DNA of 63,436 nt, counting the filler, from Octopus bimaculoides (lineage: Eukaryota), in the NCBI RefSeq assembly GCF_001194135.2. It is 6 parts of 5 records of this genome, joined end to end, with 100 filler letters (N's around TTAATTAATTAA, not from the genome) between each part and the next. Parts side by side here need not be neighbours in the genome. Positions count along the whole stretch, not along the records: positions 38,942 to 46,804 come from NC_068993.1; positions 46,905 to 53,677 come from NC_068985.1; positions 53,778 to 59,204 come from NC_069007.1; 3 more parts are not named here. The stretch is one strand, 5' to 3'. The notes beneath the pieces were generated by a model. That model was not told where the DNA came from. It saw only the letters and a list, made by a program, of their open reading frames with translations, and made no database searches. The translations under genes and the position numbers were made by a program. Below, piece after piece: positions 46,029 to 57,083 of the stretch; position 1 is the stretch's first letter, and the number at the start of each line of letters is the position of its first letter.

Positions 46029-46667
46029 GATAGAGCTGCACAATATATTCACTGGGTAATTTGCAAAAACCTGGACTTGCCCCATGATAAAAACTGGTGG
46101 GAACACAAACCACCTCCAGTGCTTGAAAATGTTCACATCTCACTTCTCTGGAACTTTACCATTCAAACTGACAGAAAGATAGATGCAAATAGGTCAGACA
46201 TTATATTGAAAGACTTCAAACGAAAAATTATGCCTCCTCATCGACATGACTGTCCCAATTGATATAAACGTATTTGTCAAGACCTACCAAAAACTGAGCA
46301 AGTATAAAGTTCTTGAAATAGAAATTAGCAAAATGTGGAACCTGAAGACTATAACAATACCTGTTGTCATAGGTGCCCTAGGAATGATAGCAAAAGGGGT
46401 TGACTGCTATCTAGTTCAGATACCAGGAAACCCCCAAATGGCTGAAGTTCAAAAGATAGTGCTCATGGGAACTGCCCATATCCTACGCAAAATACTTTCT
46501 ATGTAATCTCAAATTTTAAAACAAACACAATTTTCTTATGGTTTCTTAAACATTCTCTAGAACATTATGTACAAAACCAAATATATGGCACCCTAGGCAT
46601 AACACCAACATGAACTTCTAACTTGTTGTCTCTTGAGGTCTCTAGGAGAGATTTGGAGTCAAACATA
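46029..46667 (+). pseudogene. 3' fragment of an R4/Dong-type LINE (RLE domain and 3' UTR)
   Basis: IHWVIC..WWEHKP..LLWNFTIQTDRKIDANRSDII, then DMTVPID..KLSKYK.LEIEI.KMWNLKTITIPVVIGALG...LMGTAHILRKILSM* (stop 46506). The UTR ends in AAATAATAAT. Confidence 0.85.
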
Positions 46668-46804
46668 AAATAATAATATCGAAAAATACTTTAGGAATGA
46701 GAACTTAGAAATGTCCCCAAGACACCTGATGAAAGCTGGAGAGTATATCAGCCGAAACGTTGTGTTAATAACAAACAAGATGAGGACAAATATCCATCAA
46801 TGTA
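46668..46804 (+). repeat. Hammerhead-bearing repeat, right arm, cut by scaffold end
   Basis: See left arm; ~135 bp of alignable inverted homology. Confidence 0.88.
46721..46766 (+). ncRNA. Minimal type I hammerhead ribozyme motif with intact core (predicted cleavage after 46761)
   Basis: GACAC-CTGATGA-A-aGCTG-gagagtatat-CAGCC-GAAAC-GTT-GTGTT. Has the CUGANGA/GAAA core, GUU triplet and palindromic AACGTT in place of stem III, with one stem II mismatch. Confidence 0.78.
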
Positions 46805-46904
46805 NNNNNNNNNNNNNNNNNNNNNNNNNNNNNNNNNNNNNNNNNNNNTTAATTAATTAANNNNNNNNNNNNNNNNNNNNNNNNNNNNNNNNNNNNNNNN
46901 NNNN
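46805..46904. other. Artificial scaffold-joining spacer
   Basis: N44-TTAATTAATTAA-N44. Confidence 0.95.
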
Positions 46905-46943
<39 letters not shown>

Positions 46944-47157
46944 TATAATGCGTTATTGGAATATATGCATTATAGTGTAATACGTATACATATATAATGT
47001 TACATATAGTATGTGTATTTTTGATATACATTTATGTACACATACCCGCAGAGACAAATATTGATGCACACACACGACACATGCATAAACACACACTTGC
47101 GCGCACACACATACATACACACAAATACACACACATATAGAGAGTGAGGAGAGAAGG

Positions 47158-47195
<38 letters not shown>

Positions 47196-48134
47196 GATAG
47201 AGAGAGAGAGAGATAGAGCCTGAAAGAGCAAGAGAGAGAGAGAGAGTGAGGATTCATAGAGAAACAGAGAATGAGGAATGATAAAGAAAAGAGATATTGT
47301 AGAATATAAGCAGAAGTCTTTCATATTGACCATTCTAGAAGGGAGACTATGTCTGCCGTATTTTATCGAGGTTTACCTCAGGCGAGTGAAATGATAGCAC
47401 TCTGCAAAAAAACAATTAATGAAATCAATGTCGAAACATCTGCAGCTTTCATGAAGTTAGCCGTGTACAACTGATATATCTAATAGAAAGTTCGGTATAT
47501 TTGCTTTTGACTTCCCTAGAGACGGTGCTATTATCGACTGGGTTGATACTGGTATCCGGAAGGCAACGTTCAGAATTGAAGAAATGTTAAAAGAAAAAAA
47601 GGAAAGGAAGGAAAAATATAATCAAACCGTAGGCTAACGAACAAGGGAATATATAACAACGTTAGTAATTTAGTATAAAGTATATAAACTACAAGAGAGT
47701 GTGTGTGTGTGCACCTTACAAATAGAAAAGTTGACGAAGTAGTCGAGAAACACCGAGTGAGATTGAGAAGCCGGAAGTTCGTAGCTTGTCGTTGGCCCTG
47801 CTTTGTGTCACCGGTCACGTGTTTAACTCAGATGTCCAGAAACCAACAAAGGTCTCTGTATGTATCACTTGTCTCGCTACAGTCACGATTGGAAAGCTTT
47901 CGACAATAGGTCTGATATAGCCTTAACAAACAATAGCATATATAACTGTATTATGCCTTGATCATTATCAATCATCAACAACGATTTAGTTTCTCGTTAT
48001 TTCTTTGTAATGTTGACTTGGACGAACGTATGAACTAAACCATTAAGTTAAATTTTCTATTTTCACTCAGGCCTTCTTGTTAAATTTCTAAATCATAAGT
48101 AGATGCAGTTTATTGCTATTCCCTTCATTGGAAT

Positions 48135-48808
48135 AACACGCCGGGCGAAATGCTTAGCAGTATTTCGTCTGCCGTTAGGTTCTGAGTTCAAATTCCGCCG
48201 AGGTCGACTTTGCCTTTCATCATTTCGGCGTCGATAAATTAAGTACTAGTTGAGTACTGGGGTAGATATAATCGGTTATCCCCTCCCACCAAAGTTTCAA
48301 GCCTTGTGTCTATAATAGAAAGGATTATTATTATGGTTACGTAAGGCGGCGAGCTGGCAGAATCGTTAGCACGCCGGGGAAAAAATGCTTAGCGGTATTT
48401 AATCAGTCTTTATGTTCTGAGTTCAATTTCTGGTGAGGTCGACTTTGCGTTTAATCATTTCAAAATCGATAAAATATGTTGCAGTTGAGCACCGGGGTCA
48501 ATGAAATCGAATTCTCTCCCCCTCCAAAATTGCTGGCCTGGTGCCGAAATTTGAAATCATTATTATGATCATTTAAGGCAGTGAGCTTGCAGAATTGCAA
48601 AACGCTGGGGAAAAGGTTTAGCAGCATTTCATCCGTCTGTACGTTCTGAGTTCAATTTTACCTTTTATGCTCTCGGAATTTTACCTTGAATTTTACCTTT
48701 TATCGGGGTCGATGAAATAACTTATTTGGTCACTGGAGTTGATGTAAATGACTAGCTTCCCATCTCCAAGATTTCAGGCCTTGTGTCTATATTGGAAAGG
48801 ATTATTAT
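48135..48808 (+). mobile_element. Three head-to-tail SINE family B copies
   Basis: Heads at ~48135 (truncated), 48343 and 48575, each ending in an ATTATTAT tail. Confidence 0.8.
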
Positions 48809-49159
48809 GATCACTTGTAGCGGATTACAAAATGCTGCAACAACTGTTTCATTATTTCATTCAGAAATCTGAGGCCGAAAAAGACGGACGAAATGCCGCT
48901 GTTTTCCCCGGCATGCTAACAATTCTATCACCTCGTCACCTTACTAACTTGAAAATATTAGTTTCAAATTTTGAATGAAGGGAAGCAATGTCAGGGTAGA
49001 GGGGGGAGTTAAGTCAATTACATGGACCTCAGTATGCAACTGGTATTTCTTTCATTGACCCAGAGAGGACGAAAAGCGAAGTCGACCCGATGGTATTTAA
49101 GTCAGAAGAAATACTGCCTTACTAATTAAGAAATATTCTTTTCTGCTCTACGTACATGG

Positions 49160-49352
49160 CCAGAAATTTTGGGGGAGATGGCCAGTCGATTAGATCGATC
49201 TCAGTACCCAACTGATACTTAATTTATCGTACTGGAAGGATGAAAGGCAAAGTCGACCTCGACGGAATTTGAACTCAGAACGTAACGACAGAAATAAATA
49301 CGGCTAAGCATTTCGCCCGGCGTGCCAAGGTTTCTGCCAGTTCGCCACCTTA
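49160..49352 (-). mobile_element. SINE family B copy
   Basis: GTCGATTAGATCGA...GGATGAAAGGCAAAGTCGACCTCGACGGAATTTGAACTCAGAAC...TTCTGCCAGTTCGCCACCT. Confidence 0.8.
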
Positions 49353-49823
49353 TTAATTAAGGAATATTTAAAAACATGTTAATAAAACAAGGTCATGTAT
49401 CGCTGAAGAAAGTAGGGTTTCGCGATAAGCATTTCTTTTGATTTTTGATTTTGCTGGCGGGAAACAATTTTTTCCGTTTATATTTACTTTGTACGATATT
49501 CTTTNNNNNNNNNNNNNNNNNNNNNNNNNNNNNNNNNNNNNNNNNNNNNNNNNNNNNNNNNNNNNNNNNNNNNNNNNNNNNNNNNNNNNNNNNNNNNNNN
49601 NNNNNNNNNNNNNNNNNNNNNNNNNNNNNNNNNNNNNNNNNNNNNNNNNNNNNNNNNNNNNNNNNNNNNNNNNNNNNNNNNNNNNNNNNNNNNNNNNNNN
49701 NNNNNNNNNNNNNNNNNNNNNNNNNNNNNNNNNNNNNNNNNNNNNNNNNNNNNNNNNNNNNNNNNNNNNNNNNNNNNNNNNNNNNNNNNNNNNNNNNNNN
49801 NNNNNNNNNNNNNNNNNNNNNNN

Positions 49824-49870
<47 letters not shown>

Positions 49871-50307
49871 CATATATATATGTATAAGCACGCACACGTA
49901 GGTATATATATATATATATGTGTGTGTGTATATTTTAATACTCTAATAACTTTGTGTGATGAATTAGAAAATAGTTTCTGAATGAATGCATAGATTTTGT
50001 TTATCGCACACTGCAAATCAATTTCGTTGGTGAAACTTATGTTACACACTGTACGTCTATAAATATTGCTTCTCGCAACCAAGACTGTCTCCCCACCCCC
50101 TCAAAACAACAACAACGACAACGACAACAACAACAATGGTGAATAATATAGCAAGAAAATCAAAGAAATATCGAGATATTATCATATGACTTTTGTAGAT
50201 ATGTCTTCTTGTCTGATGTTAGTTTTTACAAGAGTTAATGTGTATTTTCATATCAAGGTTTTTTTTTTTATATAAAATACATATGTAAAAAAAAAAGTGT
50301 GATAGAC

Positions 50308-50346
<39 letters not shown>

Positions 50347-51229
50347 GAAAATGAGTGAAAGACGGAGGGAGAGAGAGAGAAAGAATGAGAGAGTGAAAGA
50401 GAGTGAGAGAAATTAGTTTCCGCCCTCTTAATATCTAATGAAGTAAACTGATGAATCTAAGAAAATAGCTACTATCTTTCAACTGTAAAAATCTCATCAA
50501 AGTTTCTATTTTTTAAAAAATTTTTTATTTAATAATTGGTAACTGACGTCAAAATAAGAACTGTAATTGAATCAAGCAAAGCAATCGAGAGTTTCTAATA
50601 ATTTTTGCCATGTATTTTATATTAGTATTTAGAACTCCATTATTGGTGTGGAATAACAAGACAGATTAAAGAAGAAAACAAAAACAAANNNNNNNNNNNN
50701 NNNNNNNNNNNNNNNNNNNNNNNNNNNNNNNNNNNNNNNNNNNNNNNNNNNNNNNNNNNNNNNNNNNNNNNNNNNNNNNNNNNNNNNNNNNNNNNNNNNN
50801 NNNNNNNNNNNNNNNNNNNNNNNNNNNNNNNNNNNNNNNNNNNNNNNNNNNNNNNNNNNNNNNNNNNNNNNNNNNNNNNNNNNNNNNNNNNNNNNNNNNN
50901 NNNNNNNNNNNNNNNNNNNNNNNNNNNNNNNNNNNNNNNNNNNNNNNNNNNNNNNNNNNNNNNNNNNNNNACACACACACACACACACACACAAATACAC
51001 ACATACAAGAAATGTAGAAACAAAAAATTAAAAAAAATACTAAAAAAAAAAAACACTGCAGCGAGAAAAACAAATTTGATAATTTTTAACGTTTGCTGAT
51101 GTTGAGATAAAGCATAAGCAAATCACCATGGAGTTCGTTAATTGGTTTCTTCCTTTAGTTAAGAGAATAATTTTTTAAAAGACAACTACACGTCAACGAC
51201 GAAACCTGAAGTCATTAAGACAGATAACA

Positions 51230-51990
51230 TGACCAACACAGTGTGTATAGTACTTGATGCTGCGAGCTTCCATACACAGATGACCCGTCTTTTCTAGCAG
51301 TTCTGAAGTGTAAAAGATTTCCAGCTGATGTTTGATATAAGTTTTAGACAAATCTGCAGAGGTCTATTGATTAGTGTTTGGATATGTTGTCGGTATGGGG
51401 GCCATATCTCAGATGAGTATATCAGGTGTGTGACAGCATAAGTATCATTGATGAAGAGCTTGGTGGGAAGTTTCAAGTTCCTGTCTATTCGGTCCCGTAT
51501 TCCAGAAGTCTCAAACGCAACTGAAGCTCTATCTGCAACCGATATGGTAACCGAACCAACAAACGTCTCAGTTTCTACCTGATGACTCAGTATGTTACAG
51601 ACAGCTCCAAAATCTTTCTCAAATCACACCTTATCGTATTAATCGAGGCAGGACACCGTAAATAATAGGGATCTCGCCACTCGTGTTTCATCGTTGTTGA
51701 GGATGTTCTCAAGGTTTCAGACACAAAGAAGTCTTTCGGCAGTAAGTTTCATTAGTATAGAGAGAGAACACGTGTTCGATGTTCACAGTGCTTAGACTTC
51801 AAAAGGTCTTTGGATATAGAAGACAACTGTGTTGGAACAATGGGATACTCGTCTGATCGGAGAGAGATAGTCTGCTATACGACAGTCTGCTATGGTATGC
51901 CTTGATGCCGTTTTTGATTGCAAGAGGAGGAGGTAAGGCGATGAGAGCCAGTAGTGGAATTTGAATAACCAAACATAATTTGAATCCAGC
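51230..51990 (-). mobile_element. Old RTE (BovB-like) ORF2 remnant
   Basis: RASVAF...NLKLPTKL...LIYSSEIWPPYRQHI...ICLKLISNISW...VGHVICLND matches the RTE C-terminal pattern; upstream pieces are heavily decayed. Confidence 0.55.
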
Positions 51991-52040
51991 ACATGAGCCG
52001 GAATAACTACTCCAAACCATTTTGTCCGATATTTTAACAA

Positions 52041-52512
52041 TGCGTAGGAGCGGCTGTGTAGTAAAAACCCACATGGATCCGGGTTCAGTCCCACTGCGTG
52101 GCATCTTGGGCAAGTGTCTTCTACTATAGCCTCGGGCCGACCAAAGCCTTGAGAGTAGATTTGGAAGACGGAAACTGAAAGAAGTCCGTCGTATATAACT
52201 ATATATATANNNNNNNNNNNNNNNNNNNNNNNNNNNNNNNNNNNNNNNNNNNNNNNNNNNNNNNNNNNNNNNNNNNNNNNNNNNNNNNNNNNNNNNNNNN
52301 NNNNNNNNNNNNNNNNNNNNNNNNNNNNNNNNNNNNNNNNNNNNNNNNNNNNNNNNNNNNNNNNNNNNNNNNNNNNNNNNNNNNNNNNNNNNNNNNNNNN
52401 NNNNNNNNNNNNNNNNNNNNNNNNNNNNNNNNNNNNNNNNNNNNNNNNNNNNNNNNNNNNNNNNNNNNNNNNNNNNNNNNNNNNNNNNNNNNNNNNNNNN
52501 NNNNNNNNNNNN

Positions 52513-52543
<31 letters not shown>

Positions 52544-52755
52544 TTATGTGTCTGTGTTTGTCCCCCCAACATCACTTGACAACCGATGCTGGTGTGTTTA
52601 CGTCCCCGTAACTTAGCGGTTCGGCAAAAGAGACCGATAGAATAAGTACTAGGCTTCCAAAGAATAAGTCCTGGGGTCGATTTGCTCGACTAAAGGCGGT
52701 GCTCCAGCATGGCCACAGTCAAAAGACTGAAACAAGTAAAAGAGTAAAAGAGTAA
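52041..52755 (+). mobile_element. SINE family A, full-length, with the gap in its central microsatellite
   Basis: Head GGGTTCAGTCCCACTGCGTGGCATCTTGGGCAAG; tail CCTGGGGTCGATTTGCTCGACTAAAGGCGGTGCTCCAGC...(GTAAAAGA)2. Confidence 0.85.
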
Positions 52756-53677
52756 ATGTCAACACTAATTTGGAACTTTATTTATCAATCCACAACAAGA
52801 TAAAAGTTAACATTGATCTCGGCAAAAGCCAGAATTTTGTTATTTTGCTAATTTCCAAAGAAGCCAGATCAAATTCAACATGGTATTATATCCGTTGCTC
52901 TACGACACTGCTAATTTACATTTACTAACTAGCGATACACTATCTGAAAAAAGCAATCCACAAAGGCTATATGGTTGCGACTGGAATAACTTTGATCATG
53001 CACTTCGTTGATCCGATTGACTTGGGGATAAACAAGAACAATAATGGCGACCAAATCTCTCTCAAGATGTCCTCCACTATTATTCGTTAATGCAGTCTTT
53101 GATAAACTATCTCTGAATAAAAGATGAGATGGTCATGTTTAGAATGTCTTTGATCATAGGTCTGCTTGATCAAGCCTTATTAAGAGTTAAACGTCAAGAA
53201 GAAGGATATTAGTACTTCTCTGTTAATATATGTTATGAAAGCCATACTCCCATCACAACATGGTTGGTAGTTTGTGTCTAATAATAAACTAGGTACTCCT
53301 ACACCGGCCACACACGCCATATATATATATATAGTTAAAATTAATCAAAGGATATACCAAGTATGTCTACCTGCTGGAAATAACAGTCAAAAGTATTATT
53401 TAAATCGTCAAAATACACTGATAGTAACTACAGAAATCCTGCTATTTCCAGCAGGTAGATATACTTAGTATGTTCTTTGATTAATTTTAATACTTCAGAT
53501 ATTTAATGCTTTTTGGGAGGCCTGCAATCGCCTGTATTATTGATTCTGTTATTATCATTTTGAAATTGTTACACTAGATAATAACAGAGTCAATGGTATC
53601 TTCACAAATTATTTTTTCGTGAATAATTTTTCTCGTAAATTATTTGCTCCGTATATATATATATGTATATATATATA

Positions 53678-53777
53678 NNNNNNNNNNNNNNNNNNNNNNN
53701 NNNNNNNNNNNNNNNNNNNNNTTAATTAATTAANNNNNNNNNNNNNNNNNNNNNNNNNNNNNNNNNNNNNNNNNNNN
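53678..53777. other. Artificial scaffold-joining spacer
   Basis: N44-TTAATTAATTAA-N44. Confidence 0.95.
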
Positions 53778-53789
53778 GGGGCTTTTCTT

Positions 53790-54040
53790 GCCATCGTTTT
53801 ATCATGGTCCGTTGCTGTTCTAGTTTTAGTTTGGATTTCATTTGTTTTATAGCTTTTGTTGTTTCTTCTTCTTCTTCTTCTTCGTATTTGTTAGGTAGAT
53901 TGATTTCTTGTTTGTATTTGTCAGCTTCCTTAAATACTGAAAACAGTTTTTTGTTTTGCTCGTGTTTTGTGGCTATTTGTATTAGCTTCCCTTGCTTCTG
54001 GAGTAGGTATTTTTGCAGTCCTATGGTGGTTATTTTATAA
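53790..54040 (-). pseudogene. R4/Dong-type LINE fragment (post-RT region)
   Basis: KITTIGLQKYL...KHEQNKKLFSVFKEADKY...RWQEKP, parallel to regions in the copies at 54937-55220 and 56600-56840. Confidence 0.6.
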
Positions 54041-54119
54041 TAGTTTTCTAGCTGTATAAGACCCCTGCCACCTTCTGTGCGTTGTATATATAGCCTTTCT
54101 ATGTCAGATTTTGGGTAGT

Positions 54120-55222
54120 ATTAGTATTATTATTATTTTCCAATTGATTTGCATTTTATTTAATCTTCCGTATATATTAGATGGAGAGAAACTTCCTGAT
54201 AATATGGGCAGTTGAGGTCAACATAATCTTTTGAGTCTCATGAATTATTGGTTTCCCAGGGATCTAGTCAAAAAATTTGTCATTGCCTTTCTTGATCATT
54301 CCCAGGGCACCTACAACAACAGGAATGGTTTTGGTTTTTAATTGCCTCATCCTAGATCTCAGTGTCAATCTCAAGGTCCTTATATTTCGACAGTTTTCAA
54401 ATTCCTTTGCTGAGATGTTTCTCTCAGTAGACAGTCATATCAATTAACTGGCACGTTTTTGTCTTGGGTCTTCAATGACGATGTCTGGTCTGTTACCATT
54501 TATTTTCCTGTTTGTATGGCTCCCATAATCTCATAGGATGGTAAAATTCTCTCCCTCAGTGACTGACTCTGGATGATATTCATACCAGTTCTTAGGGTGT
54601 GGGATATCATAATGACGGCATATTATCCAGTGCAAGTATTGGCCAGCTCGGCCATGCCTGGTTTTATATTCTGTAGGGACAAGGACTGAGCAACCGGCAA
54701 CAATATGGTCAATGCTCTAAAGTTTGTCATTGCAGCGTTTACACTTTGTGCCTACACATTATGTGTGACATTAGCTTGATAGTTCCAGGTAAGGAGACTT
54801 TGATCTTGTACCGCTAGGATAAAGCCTTCTGTTTTGGCTTTCAAACCACCACTCTGCAGCCACTGATGGTTCTTCTCACATCTACATCAGCTTCCCTAGC
54901 TCATCTTAGGTATTGCTCATGCAATGGTTTTTCTTTTCACAATCTTGATATTTCCTTCAGACTTTCTTGTTTGGCTTTTGTTTTACACTTTTTTGATGCC
55001 TTGGTGAGTAGTGTGTCCTCCTTATCATCATCATAATTAGTGGGGTTAAGCTCCCGTCTGTATGCCTCCTTTGAGATTGAGTGCAGTTTCTTACTCTGTT
55101 CGTGTTGCCTTACCAGCAGTATCCAGTCGGTATTACTTCTGATGTACACTCGGAGTCCTTTCGTGGTCGTTTTATAGGACGTTTCAAGCTGGATTAGGCT
55201 TCTGCTGCCTTCCTTTCGCATG
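54120..55222 (-). pseudogene. R4/Dong-type LINE 3' fragment ending at (TAA)n
   Basis: WLQSGGLKAKTEGFILA.QDQSL, zinc knuckle C..C..DHIVAGC...RH, NRPDIVIED, KLSKYKDLEI, TIPVVVGALGMIKK. Confidence 0.8.
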
Positions 55223-55224
55223 AT

Positions 55225-55395
55225 TATTATTATCATTATTTCTGTTTATCACCGGTTTTGTTGGAGCTCCTGGAGTCCTGCATGCGCAGCGGGCCTGCTA
55301 TCAGCAGCCTACGGTACAATACTATCCGTTCTTTTCAGCTATTTAATGCTCTCCTGATTATTCTGGCCGTGCCAAGGAGGTAAACCTTTTGTAAC
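55225..55395 (-). mobile_element. Short R4/Dong-type 3' end (LQKVYLLGTARIIRRALNS* plus UTR plus TAA tail)
   Basis: C-terminus parallels LLGTARILRKV* of the 26.6-kb copy. Confidence 0.65.
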
Positions 55396-55414
55396 AGTTC
55401 TATTATTATTATCA

Positions 55415-55568
55415 TTGTCTAAGTTCAAATTACGCCGAGGTCGACTTTATCTTTCATCCTCTCGGGGTCGATAAATTAAGTACAAGTTGCGTAGTGGAGT
55501 CGATCTAGTCGACTGGCCTCCTTCCACAAAATTTCGGGACTTGTGCCTAGAGTACAAAAGATTATTAT
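55415..55568 (+). mobile_element. SINE family B, 5'-truncated
   Basis: AGTTCAAATTACGCCGAGGTCGACTTT...GGGGTCGATAAATTAAGTAC...AAAAGATTATTAT. Confidence 0.78.
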
Positions 55569-56088
55569 CATTTGTCCTGATGGAATGCACGCGTTTGTTC
55601 GCTCGTAAGTTTTTGCTCTAAATTTTTGTCTCCAAAAGTTGTTAATTACTTATTTTGTTTCTAAACGTTTAAACAAAACACCACCCTTGAATAGGTTGGC
55701 TGTTTTGGGTTGTTAGTACCCCTTTGGGAGCAGTAACCTCAAAATAATGGATCTTTCTGATTTGGCGGATACCATTTTTTATTTAGTGTATTTTCTGCCG
55801 AAACACTTTCAAACTTCGTATACTTGTATATTTTGTCTTATAGAACAGAGAAAAAATTTTATATTCAAAGTTATTTCATGTTAAAAGTTGTCGTATTTCG
55901 GTAATTTCAACCAATCACTGACGTCTATTGAGGTGAAAACAATTAATGCTATGGATTGTCAACAAAACATTGTGCAGTGTAATGGGATCTTTTCCCTTGA
56001 ATAAAATTAGTGCCGTTGTTTGTCAACAACAACTATCGGCGGTACTGTTATTTAAGACATCGTTCGTGCGTTTGTACTGGTTTTAGCT

Positions 56089-56143
56089 TTAGGGGGTTAG
56101 GGTTAGGGTTTTAGGGTTAGGGTTAGGGTTAGGGTTAGGGTTA
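56089..56143 (+). repeat. Interstitial (TTAGGG)n tract, 8 G-runs
   Basis: Direct inspection. Confidence 0.9.
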
Positions 56144-56224
56144 TGAGTATTTTTGGCAAATTTGGTGAAAATCTGTTCAATACACCGCCACAAATTTTTC
56201 ACCAAATTTGGCATTTTTTCTTGA

Positions 56225-56840
56225 TGATCTCTGACAACTATATCCGGTCTATTAGCTTGTCATTTTCTGAAACCTTTTCTGGGGTACTCCTATACCATCT
56301 TTTTTCTCTTGTCATTCCGCAGTGTTGGCATAGCTTCCAGTGTATACAGGCTCCAGCTGTCTGTAGACATTCCTTCTTAGCCAGGATCGGGCAGCCAGAG
56401 ACAATATAATTTAATGTTTCTTGTCCATCACCACATATTCTGCAGTTACTTGTAGTTTTCTTCATCATGTGTTTCTGGTGGGGGGAATCTTTGATCTTGT
56501 GCTGCAATCTCTTCTTTGAGTCCTGAGCTTCTCAGTCATTGGTGTGATTTTGCTTTGTCTGTTTCTTTTGTTTAACTTATCCCATTATTTGCCATTTAAA
56601 GGCTTTTTTACCATCGTCTTATCACGGTATTTTGTTGTTCTTGTTTTAGTTGGGATTTCAGTTGTTTTACAGCTTTTGTTGCTTCCCCTTTTTCTTCATA
56701 GTCGTCAAGTGCTATGACTTCTTTATTTATATTTTTCAGCTTCCTTAATGACAGAAAACAGATTTTTCCTTTAATCGTGTTTTATGGCTATTTGTACCTG
56801 TTTTCCTTGCTTCTGAATTAGATATTTCTGTAATCCTATA
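56225..56840 (-). pseudogene. R4/Dong-type LINE fragment (zinc-knuckle region)
   Basis: CRICGDGQETLNYIVSGCPILAKKE...CIHWKLC...WYRSTPEKVSEND. Confidence 0.75.
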
Positions 56841-57052
56841 AGGCGGCGAACTGGCAGAATCGTTAGCACGCCGGGCGAAATACTTATCGGTATTTCGTCT
56901 GCCGCTACGATCTGGGTTCAAATTCCGCCGAGGTCGACTTTGCCTTCCATCCTTTCGGGGTCAATTAAGTAAGTACCAGTTACGCACTGGGGTCGATGTA
57001 ATCAACTTAATCCCTTCCCCAAATTTGAGGCCTTGTGCTTCCAGTAGAAAGA

Positions 57053-57082
<30 letters not shown>
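56840..57082 (+). mobile_element. SINE family B, near full-length, long (ATT)n tail
   Basis: AAGGCGGCGAACTGGCAGAATCG...GGGTTCAAATTCCGCCGAGGTCGACTTTGCC. Confidence 0.85.
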
Positions 57083-57083
<1 letters not shown>

